From Octopus sinensis (taxonomy: Eukaryota): a stretch of 64,000 nt of DNA. Numbering within the stretch: position 1 is the first letter of the stretch; the number at the start of each line of letters is the position of its first letter. The DNA lies in NCBI RefSeq assembly GCF_006345805.1, contig NC_043019.1, forward strand, positions 16,615,360 through 16,679,359, given 5' to 3'. The notes below the pieces were generated by a model. The model was not told the origin of the DNA. It searched no databases and worked only from the letters and a program-made list of their open reading frames with translations. Made by a program: the position numbers and the translations under genes. Positions 29,999-64,000 of the stretch are shown piece after piece.

Positions 29999-30881
29999 TT
30001 CTCTCTCTTCTCTCTCTCTCTTCTCTCTCTTTCTCTCTCCATTTAATGCCACATCTTCCATTCTGGCATCACATAGAATAAATGTCTATAAAAGCATTGT
30101 TTATTTTGGTTTTTCTTTTCTAATCAGATCCTGCAACTGGTGGTGGTGGTGGTGGGTGGCAGTTAGGGCCTTCTAAGATTTGAACTCAGCTCAGCAAACC
30201 AACACAGTGCCCATTAAAATCCCTCTCATTGCCTGAGGAACTAAGCTGTGTTGCCTAAGCTGTAGCTGGTTACTTAGTGTTAAGGGACCCGTTGAATGTT
30301 TGGTGTCTTGGTTGGCCATTGATGCAGCTAGGCTCTGATGACCAGTTTAGGTGTGAAATTGAGGACTGGTCAACTCTAGCTCTGATATTAGATTTTTTTT
30401 CTTTAAATGTTGCAAATAAGTGGTGCCCCAGTAAGGCTGCAGCTTTCAAACTGAAACTAATAAACAAACAAAAAACATAGAAACTCCAGAGTTTCTCGAC
30501 CTCAGATTTAATCCATCAGCTGCTTTAACAACACATCTTGGGCCTTAGCTGCTTTTTTTCTTTTAAGCAAAGTTCATTCTGTCGATGTATTTGTTCCAAG
30601 TGTCTGGCCTATATTCAGTTTCCTGCAAAGCCAGGATTCCTTCCCCACACTCAGTCCCTACAAAAGAGGTCTAGTTATTGCCTTCCATCTTCTCACTGAG
30701 CTATGAATAAATATTAAATCCTTAAACTCTGTCACCTTTTTTCCAGCTGATATTTTCTTCTCATTTACTTCCATCCAAGATTTTAACAGATCTTTTTTTA
30801 TTTCCTTTCTTTTCAGCCAAATTGACTCATGAATCTGTTGATACACAAATGATGAAAGAAAAAGCAAATTGGTTTTACTAA
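17900..30881 (+). CDS. EIF2B3: Translation initiation factor eIF-2B subunit gamma, 11 coding exons, 444 aa from the conserved Met
   Basis: Exons 17900-18047, 19031-19182, 20330-20495, 22039-22144, 23202-23291, 24739-24848, 25330-25502, 26045-26116, 28007-28155, 29644-29747, 30817-30881 sum to 1335 nt in frame. N-terminus [38 protein letters not shown] is nucleotidyltransferase-like; TLKGELVPYIVKKQF and RTNTLANYAEANRQ are eIF2B-gamma motifs; the C-terminus has hexapeptide (left-handed beta-helix) repeats. Confidence 0.95.
18230..18590 (+). mobile_element. Degenerate RTE-like LINE 3' fragment in an EIF2B3 intron
   Basis: LWELVKQQ...QIKRRKWG followed by frameshifted W.GH.LRK...ITKQALQW...RGRPK-like codons. 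Confidence 0.6.
19031..19182 (+). CDS. EIF2B3: EIF2B3 coding exon
   Basis: (E)AMVLVQESK...GTADALRLIRNKVK; AG/GT, ends phase 0. Confidence 0.92.
20330..20495 (+). CDS. EIF2B3: EIF2B3 coding exon
   Basis: YDLLIISSDLITTLPL...VPGVKVDKQN; AG/GT. Confidence 0.92.
22039..22144 (+). CDS. EIF2B3: EIF2B3 coding exon
   Basis: (E)GDVIGLDKELQRLVFHSNEAD...; AG/GTAAGT. Confidence 0.9.
23202..23291 (+). CDS. EIF2B3: EIF2B3 coding exon
   Basis: CPFISLRTDMTDCHLYIMKKWIFEFL; AG/GTGAGT. Confidence 0.92.
24355..24512. repeat. (CA)n-derived compound microsatellite
   Basis: CACTCACACACTTA-type units grading into pure (CA)n; other CA/TG/TA tracts at 5772, 8245, 9662, 33715, 34220 and 44488. Confidence 0.9.
24739..24848 (+). 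CDS. EIF2B3: EIF2B3 coding exon
   Basis: KITTLKGELVPYIVKKQFS...; AG/GT. Confidence 0.92.
25330..25502 (+). CDS. EIF2B3: EIF2B3 coding exon
   Basis: (D)IYSYIPK...CYVYIQEKGFCVRTNTLANYAEANRQ; AG/GT. Confidence 0.92.
26045..26116 (+). CDS. EIF2B3: EIF2B3 coding exon
   Basis: ILKHFPELMPPGTLSKITAGKSSK; phase 0/0, AG/GT. Confidence 0.8.
26522..27949. repeat. ~100-bp direct duplication within one EIF2B3 intron (26522-26623 and 27851-27949)
   Basis: CATCTTTTGTTCTGTTTTTGG...GACCTGTGAGCAAAAATATTCCAGTTATGACCATGGCTTTTTG...TCTCATTT in both copies. Confidence 0.85.
26953..27180. mobile_element. Mariner MITE (MADE1/Hsmar1-like TIR), nearly fully palindromic
   Basis: TA|TTGGGTTGGGACACAATTATTGCAGCC ... GGCCACAATAATTATGCACCAACCCAA-like right end|TA; inner 41-bp arms 27003-27043 and ~27108-27148 with 3 mismatches. 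Confidence 0.8.
28007..28155 (+). CDS. EIF2B3: EIF2B3 coding exon (hexapeptide repeats)
   Basis: IDDESLLDGSVSLGKNVSITHSVIGAYCKIYDKVKITNSVVLDHTEIGEG; AG/GTAAGT. Confidence 0.93.
28974..29177. mobile_element. piggyBac-like MITE
   Basis: TTAA|CCCTTTAGCATT start and TTAA at 29178-29181; a related copy is at 57656-57834. Confidence 0.6.
29644..29747 (+). CDS. EIF2B3: EIF2B3 coding exon (hexapeptide repeats)
   Basis: SIIDGCIICDSVYIGENCDLKDSIVGSQEKIEAN; AG/GTAAGT. Confidence 0.93.
29758..30038. repeat. (CT)n-rich array 10 nt after an EIF2B3 donor
   Basis: Seen directly; another (CT)n tract is at 60590-60689. Confidence 0.95.
30817..30881 (+). CDS. EIF2B3: EIF2B3 terminal coding exon
   Basis: Polypyrimidine tract plus cag|CC AAA TTG ACT CAT GAA...TAC TAA; phase fits; AATAAA at 30951-30956. 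Confidence 0.75.
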
Positions 30882-30950
30882 AAAAAATGCTGTTTATTAA
30901 ATCTTTTTTTTTTTTTCTCATCTTTGTACAGAATTTTAACTTTCTATTGA

Positions 30951-30956
30951 AATAAA
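30951..30956 (+). terminator. Candidate polyadenylation signal of EIF2B3
   Basis: AATAAA 70 nt after the stop codon, followed by U/GU-rich sequence. Confidence 0.45.
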
Positions 30957-31329
30957 AAAAATCTATTTATATAATTATAAAATGTGGTTTCTTCAATGGA
31001 TTTCTATTGTTTGGCTGATTCTATAAACCCTAAAAAACACTTTGTTCCTGGCTGTTACTCGTCTCTCCCTTTCTTTCCTTTTTTTTCTGTTTTGTTTGTG
31101 TGAATGCTGATAGGGCACAGAATGACCAGCTGAAGTTGGTATTCAAACCTCAAATAGCTCAGCCCACTCGTCTGCTAAGAGGTAACATAGAGTAGAACTT
31201 ACCGTTATTGGCTTGGCACTCCTAATGTTATGAAAGAGGTGGATTCCAACTGGTTTTGTTTTAGAAGCATGGATGCCTACTGATCAAGACAAGTCAGTGA
31301 TTTCTCAGTGGAATCACAGGTTAACAGAG

Positions 31330-31910
31330 AAGATCTTTGCATGAGGCAGATGCACAGGAACGATAAGCACAGGAACGATAAGCCCAGGTGGCTCTGTTGA
31401 GGCTGTAGGTAGTTTCTGTTACCCGGGTGATGAGATTAGTGGTGGTGGAGGATGTTCTAAAAGTATTGTTGCTCGAATAAGAAAAGGATGGAGGAAACTC
31501 AGAGCTATTACCTCTGTTGGCAACAAAAGGAGTCTGAGTGAAAAGTAGATTGTATGATGCTTGTGTACAAATGGCTATACTCCATGATGGTGAGATAGGG
31601 GCTCTGAACGCAGAAGACACATGTAGACTAGAGAAATGAAGTTAATATGCTCCAATGGATGTGCAACATCAGTGTGCATGTACGGCAAAGTGCAGATGTG
31701 GTGAGAGAAGAATTGGGCATAAGAGCAATTGGATGCAGGATGCAAGAGAGAAGACTGGGTTTGGTCATGTGATGAGTATGAATGAAGACAGCTGTATAAA
31801 GAAGTTCTGATTGCTTAAAGTGAAAGACATCTGTGGAAGACACTGGATGAAAGGATATAGGGCTGATCTCAAGATGTTGGGCCTCACATCGGATATGGCT
31901 GGTGATACGG
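31330..31910 (+). mobile_element. RTE LINE 3' fragment, degenerate
   Basis: Same family as 11530-12560 (SFCYLGD-like motif, ARIRKGWRK, QERRL..FGHVM). Confidence 0.75.
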
Positions 31911-33712
31911 GGTTATTGAGAAGACCACCACCAACCGAAGTGAAACTGATTTCTGAAAGCATTGAGTGTTCCACGCACATGCGACATTAAATTTCTTTAC
32001 ATATCCTATTCCAGTGAATCAAACCACATCTCTTTTCCATGCATTCTTAATGCATTATGCTTGTCTCTCCCACCCTGTAGTGGGATGTGGTGTTGTTGAT
32101 GGGTCAGTGTACATTGTCAAGTGTAGCAGATGAAGATAGGGGTGTTGGACTGACATCAAAGGAAAGCAAATGACAAAGAATAGGAATGCTATTTTCATAA
32201 TCTGTTTGATTAACAGTTGCATTTACGTGTTGGATACAGAAACCTTGCTTGGAAACGTGAACAAATCTGCCGCTACATAAAGTTACCAAATGGAGGAAAG
32301 AGAATGCTGATAGGACAAAATAGTACAGAGCCATATTTTGTGTCTGTGTGCATTTGTCATTTGGTTGTGTTGTTTCCCTATCTCACCTGTGTCACCCGTC
32401 ACTGCTTGCTCATCTCCTGCTACCTGGCTCTCAATCACAATGTTACCTGTCTGCTCGTTGTCTTCTATCTGGCTTGCTGTGTCTAAGGAAACCGTATTTA
32501 TAGTGGTCATCCTAGCTAGAAGGATGGATATACTATAGTAGTTTGTACTTAGTTCAGATGGACAAGTGACCTAAATTTCTGTGACACAACCCAAGATGGC
32601 GGTAAAGTGGAAACCTATCCATCACTTTCTCAGGACAAATTTTTCACCCCAAGTCAACGAATGGCGGTGGATTGGGCAAGCAAGCAGGAATCCTTAGATT
32701 CAGTTTCGAATCTCCTTCTGGAAAAAAAAATGTAGCTCTCACAACCCCATTCCCGTAACGTCTTTTTATAAGTTTTAATAAGGCAACACAAGTTATGGTG
32801 ACTAATTCAGTGTGACCTGGGCAACCATGCTGAATCTGTTAGTCGAGCCAGAAGTATTACTATAAAATAAACCTACAAACTTTAGACTTCTTTGATTTGG
32901 CTCAGTCTGAGGGTGGATTATTAGAGGTGAAAACAAATTATGGCCAGATTAAGGTATGATACCATAAGAACAGAATTATTTTCAAGAGAATCACTTTCTG
33001 TTAATAAATTTACACACCTCTTGCCAATATGAAGTTTTGTGTAAGTAGCAAACTGAAGAGACTGAAAGGAAGGGATAAATGAATTGGAATAGTTGATGGG
33101 TTAAGGGGTTAATTAGAGAAGTGTGTAGGAGATTAGAGAGAGAAAAGACAACTGGATGGAGTGGGGGTGAGTCATGAGCCTTTGGCCCTTATTTCTGTCA
33201 CTTCCCAATCATGCCATCTGCCCAATACATGGAACTGTGCAGGTGTGCATTATCACAGAACAAAGGCCACAATCACAGAAGTCAGAAAAAATGGGGGTTT
33301 TAATTATTATATGGAATGCAATATTTAGGAAAAACTGAGCATTTTATTTTTTATGGGGGTCGTACAGCACTAACTGGCACAATCCTACAACATGGACACT
33401 CAAAGATGGCTGCAGAAGACAATACAAGCCATTGTCTAAACTCTGTTTTAAGGGATCCATTTTGACAAGGATTCCAGGTGTGTATATTTTCCATTGTCAT
33501 TGTTTTGATATCTACTTTTCTATACTTGCAAGGATTGGATGAAATTTGTTGAAGTACATTTTCTATGGTTGGATGCCCTTCCTATGGCCTAACTCTGTCT
33601 GTTTTTAAGCAAAGTAATATTTTCTACATGGCCAGACACATTTTCACAGAACATAGCAAACAAACATCACTGCTTGTGTAATGACGTTTGCTGACAATTG
33701 TCATGCAAGACC

Positions 33713-33761
<49 letters not shown>

Positions 33762-33821
33762 GCCTTCTTCTAGTTTGTTCACCAAATCCACCCACAAGGC
33801 TAAATCTCTATCTATATATAT

Positions 33822-34052
33822 TTCTTTACTGCCCACAAGGGGATAAACACAGAAGGGACAAACAAGGACAGACAAAGCGATTAAGTCGATTCCATCGACC
33901 CCCAGTGCGTAACTGGTACTTAATTTATCGACCCCGAAAGGATGAAAGGCAAAGTCGACCTCGGCGGAATTTGAACTCAGAACGTAACGGCAGACGGAAT
34001 ACTGCTAAGCATTTCGCCTGGCATGCTAACGTTTCTGCAGCTCGCCGCCTTC
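33822..34052 (-). mobile_element. Second Octopus tRNA-derived SINE family, full length
   Basis: Head AGGCGGCGAGCTGCAGAAACGTTAGCATGCC, core CCTTTCATCCTTTCGGGGTCGATAAATTAAGTACCAG, tail ...CCCCTTGTGGGCAGTAAAGAAA. A second full copy is at 43930-44157; fragments lie at 8540-8620, 9170-9370, 38700-38900, 43328-43470 and 57060-57200. Confidence 0.8.
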
Positions 34053-34217
34053 CTACCTATATAGGTGCAGGTCTGGCTGTGTGGTAAGATGTTTGCTTCC
34101 CAATCATGTGGCTCTGGGTTCAGTCACACCAAATGCCACCTTGGGCAAATGCTTTTAACTATAACCCTGGGTCGACCTTGTGAATGAATGAAGTAGCTGG
34201 AAACTGAGAGAAGCCTG

Positions 34218-34251
<34 letters not shown>

Positions 34252-34531
34252 CAGTTGTAACTGATTGTCACTGTCATACTGGCAATGTCCTTCATTTCCA
34301 ATATTCTGCAAGAACATCTCTGGCCAGGGAGCAATATTACTTTGACTGGAAACAGGTGAGGGTTTATGACAGGAAGGGCATCCGGCTGGAGAAAATCTGC
34401 CCTCAATAGACTCTGTCTGACTCATGCCAGCATGGAAAAGTGAATGTTAAAACAATGACCATAAGAATATATATTTGTATAAATATAAAAGAATATTATC
34501 GTTAACATCTGCCTTCCATGATGGCATGGGT

Positions 34532-34569
<38 letters not shown>

Positions 34570-34859
34570 CGTGCTTGAGAAGACCCTTCAAGCCCCAAGT
34601 AAAATTGCAGTCGTGGCTGACACCAGTGTTTCACACAAATGGCACCCATTTCACTCTCAGAGTGATTGGCATTAGGAAAGGCATCCAGCTGTAGAAAGCC
34701 ATACCAAATGAGACTGGAGTGTGGTGCAGCATGCCAGCCCTGTCAAACAGTCTGATTTGGTATGATTTTAACAGTTGGATCCCCTTCCTAACACCAACCA
34801 CTTCAAAAGCCTTTTACCTGTCCCTGGCATGGGTGCTTTTATGTGTCTCCAGCACTGGC

Positions 34860-35740
34860 TGTGACAATGATTTCACCTGGCTTCACAGGTCTTCTCCAGC
34901 AAATTGCCAAAGATCACAATCGCTTGTCATCACTTCTGTGAAAGTCCGTGAAATGCAAAGATCATGCTTCACAACTTCATCCCATGTCTTCCTCGGTTTG
35001 CCCCTTCCACAGATTCCCTCCACAGTTAGAGATTGGCACTTCTTCACTGAGCTGTCCTCGTCCATATGCATCACAGGACCATACCAGTGCAGTCACCTCG
35101 CTTGCCTCTTATACCCAACTTTTCTCTCAAGATGCTTATACCCTGTCATCCAGCCACACTGACATTGCACATCCAGCAGAGCATTCGAGATTAATTTCTT
35201 TCAACCCTTTGCATGTTCTCTGCAGTCACAGCCCATGTTTCACTGCCATGTAGCTTGGCTGTTCACACACAGGCATCATTCAATCTGCCTTTCCCTCTGA
35301 GGGAGAGGCCCTTTCTTACCAACAAAACTAGAAGGTTTCTGAACTTTGCCCAGCTTATTCTTATTCTAGCAGCTCTCAGAACATCCACCTCCATTGCTGA
35401 CTTGGTTGCCTAGGTAACAAAACCTATCAACTACTTTTAGCCATCCCACTCCACAAGCATTTCATAGAGTCTGTTTTCTGTACATTTCTATTGGCCGTTG
35501 TCCTTGTGCATCTGCCACACAAACACCATTTTCCCTGTTAACCTTCTTTTTATGTGTCCATAGCTTGCACTAGGTACGCCTTATGGAATTTCTACCTATG
35601 TCTTTCCTACATCTCGAGCAGGGCCATCTACCCAAACAGATTTGTGATTTGTCTGCTTTCCTACTAACTAAGACTTTGGCTTCTTTTAAATTAACTTTTA
35701 GGCCCTTTGATTCCAGGCTTTGCTTTCACACCTGAAAAAA
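34860..35740 (-). mobile_element. RTE LINE 3' fragment, degenerate
   Basis: GRGKPRKTWDEVVKHDL; colinear with 11530-12360. Confidence 0.8.
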
Positions 35741-36253
35741 AAATATATATATGGTGTCACATGACTGGCACATAAAAAGCACCTTTTGAGCGTTGGGCCT
35801 CATGGAGGCAACTGGCACCTATGCCAGTGGGACATAAAAAGCACCTGTCAAGCAATAAGCCTATGACAGAGGCAATATGACACCTGTGCCGCCAGTAACA
35901 AGTAAAAAGCATCTTTCGAGTGTTGGACCTTATAGAGGCAATGACAAACAAACGAGACCTTTGGCAATATACTCTGCTTGAGAAGAAGTCTCATCGAGCC
36001 AGGTGAAATTACAGTCTTGGCAGATACTGCTGTCACACAACAGGTACCCGTGCCGATGGTACATAAAAGCACCCATTACACTCTTGGAGTGGTTGGCATT
36101 AGGAAGAGCATCCAACCATGGAAACCGTGCCAAACCAGACTGATGTCTGGTGCAGCCCCTCAGTTTACCAGCCCTGGTCAAACCATCCAACCCATGCCAG
36201 CATGGACAACAGGCATTAAATGACAATGATGATGTATATATATATATGTATGC

Positions 36254-36643
36254 AGGAGTGGCTGTGTGGTAAGTAGCTTGTTTATCAACCACATGGTTCC
36301 AGGTTCAGTCCCACTGTGTGACACCTTGGGCAAGTATCTTCTGCTATAGCCTCGGGCCGACCAAAGCCTTGTGAGTGGATTTGGTAGACGGAAACTGAAA
36401 GAAGCCCGTCGTATATATGTATACATGTGTATATGTATGTGTGCGTGTATATTTGTGTTTGTCCCCCTAGCATTGCTTGACAACCGATGCTGGTGTGTTT
36501 ATGTCCCCGTTACTTAGCGATTTGGCAAAAGAGACCGATAGAATAAGTACTGGGCTTACAAAGAATAAGTCCCGGAGTCGAGTTGCTCGATTAAAGGCGG
36601 TGCTCCAGCATGGCCGCAGTCAAATGACTGAAACAAGTAAAGA

Positions 36644-36644
<1 letters not shown>
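36254..36644 (+). mobile_element. Same tRNA-derived SINE family, full length
   Basis: Colinear with 1709-2099 (reverse complement). Confidence 0.85.
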
Positions 36645-36680
<36 letters not shown>

Positions 36681-36963
36681 ATCGATCAAGATTCAAGTGA
36701 ATCAGGCCCCTAAACGATAAGGCACCGGATCAGGTCGAAAAGTAAAATGTGTACACAATGAAAAGAGGAATACATACGCGGGTACCAAAGTACAGGCAGA
36801 CATATTGAGGTTATGTATATGGCTAACTGTAACCAACTGAGTGTATGAATAGCCTTGAGAGTAATCAAGAAATGCACATTGGACTAAATGTTCGATTCAT
36901 AATATACTTCGGATCTACACAAGTAGCAGGTTCCAAGGGATGCAAAGGACAGATAAATAACAG

Positions 36964-37234
36964 CAGATGGATAATGTGTCAGTCCACTACAGCTGTTTCC
37001 AACGAATTTTTAATTGATTAATGGAGACATTACACTATTAGAAAAAACCGTTTTCATCAGGTGAGTTCATGGATTACAACATGCAAAAGCCAACAACTTG
37101 GTGATTCTGTTGGCTTTTCAATTGTGATTCGTGTATTCACTCAATGAAAGCGGTTTTTCTTCTAATTATGTCTTCATTAATCAATTAAAAACTTGTTGGA
37201 AACAGCTGTAGTGGATTGACACTTTATCCATCTG
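36964..37234. mobile_element. MITE/foldback element with ~92-bp inverted arms upstream of SLC17A9
   Basis: 36964-37057 pairs with 37144-37234; an inner hairpin AAAAGCCAACA...TGTTGGCTTTT is also present. Confidence 0.75.
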
Positions 37235-37470
37235 TGGTTTTTATTTATTTACATATATATGATACATACATACATACATACATACATACATACACCCATA
37301 CATACATACATACGTGTGTGTGTCTGTGTGCGCGCGCGCGTGTGTGTGTGTGTGTGTGCATATATAACCTGTTGAGCAAATCTCAAATGACTGACAAAGC
37401 AGGCTGTTACCATTAGTTGGGGGAGTTGTCACTTTCACCTTTGCCTGGAACAGCTCTATGGCGTCTAAAC

Positions 37471-63098
<25,628 letters not shown>

Positions 63099-63458
63099 GT
63101 AAGTTGAAGCAATACTTATATTCCAAACAGCTAAACTGCAATGAAACTAGAAATGTTTCCCTTTTTCTCATTTGTCTACCTTCAGTTCATAGTGTTTATT
63201 TGAAATTGTGACATACAACACTACCTGGTCGAATATTTCCACAGAAAACAGCCATTTCCTTGAATTGGCAGTAATAAATACCTTGAAGTTATTCTTCCAT
63301 AAAACATTGTTAAATCATGACCAATCCTGTAATAATCCAAACAGAAGTGACAATGGGTTCGGTGCTGCTGCAAGGGAGACAGGGTGGAAAGGACGATGTC
63401 CGAGTTGCATGCTTCTTTCCTTGCAACATGGAGAAGGGTGTTTGGTCGTCTGCAAAAG

Positions 63459-64000
63459 TATAATAATAATGTTCGTCCTTCTGGTTCGAAGATGACCATT
63501 GACATCATTTGGTGGAATTGCTGCTATGAGACCGGAGGTGGCTGGTGAGGCCTATCCGGGCAAGAAAGCCCCTCCCACAGGTGGGGCAGAAGTGGGTAGG
63601 GGCTGTGCTATTGGTGCAGGTGGCTCTGGCTTTCCGCATCTGGCGTTTCTGTTCTGCTGACTGAATCTGTCTCTCCTCAGCTGTCTTTGCTCCTGTGGTG
63701 ATTGCGCTGCGCCAGGTTGAGCGGTCGGCAGCAAGTGTCTCCCAAGTGCCGATGGAGAAGTCCTTGAGAGAGACTTTGAGGCTGTCCTTGAAATGCTTGT
63801 TCTGCCCTCCGACTTTGCATTTGCCCAGGCTGAGTTCACCGTAGAAGAGCTGTTTTGGGATGCTAGTGTCGGACATGCGGGAGACGTGGCCTGCCCATCT
63901 CAGCTGGGCCTTGCGCATGATCGTGATGGTGCTAGGAAGATCTGCCTGCTTAAGAACTTCCGTGTCTGGGACTTTGTCCTGAGGTGGAAGTGGTTTATCT
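63459..64000 (-). mobile_element. Second, distinct RTE-BovB-like LINE 3' end with (ATT)n tail, continuing off the window
   Basis: QDKVPDTEVL...KAQLRWAGHVSRM...GGQNKHFKDSLK...CPTCGRGFLARIGLTSHLRSH; short 3' UTR, then an ATTATTATTAT tail at 63459-63470. Confidence 0.9.

Noticed and set aside
29635-30061. Minus-strand ER-repeat ORFs (also 60467-60691)
   Set aside because: They are (GA)n microsatellite translations.
32597-32698. Plus-strand 33-aa ORF starting in the YY1-like motif
   Set aside because: It is short, has no recognisable homology or splice support, and its ATG is simply part of the motif.
36254-36330. tRNA-like sequences at SINE heads
   Set aside because: They have A/B-box-like motifs but continue into SINE bodies and do not form complete cloverleaves, so they are not tRNA genes.

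Overview
AT-rich, intron-rich eukaryotic DNA that looks like Octopus (coleoid cephalopod): OR1/OR2-type tRNA-derived SINEs, RTE LINE remnants with (GAT)n tails and dense microsatellites. Three spliced protein-coding genes lie on the + strand, and I reconstructed each by hand with GT-AG sites and consistent phases: SAMD15 (3 coding exons, 5261-10751), EIF2B3/eIF2B-gamma (11 coding exons, 17900-30881, plus a probable upstream exon at 13465-13535 that adds 29 in-frame residues) and SLC17A9/VNUT (9 exons, 37471-63098, running off the right edge). The rest is transposon debris: RTE and BovB LINEs, a CRE-like RLE retroelement, a Chapaev3-like transposase, mariner/piggyBac/Kolobok/hAT-like MITEs and a foldback family. 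Points worth checking are the eIF2B-gamma N-terminal extension, RFX X-box-like motifs, an ~870 bp higher-order (GAT/GAC) array fused to a telomere-like array, SINE-derived hairpins and inverted pairs that could be ADAR substrates, and a BovB insertion nested in a SINE with a target-site duplication. No CRISPR array, rRNA or bona fide tRNA gene was seen, and I cannot claim a new multi-gene system from sequence alone. All family assignments are from remembered motifs, not database searches.
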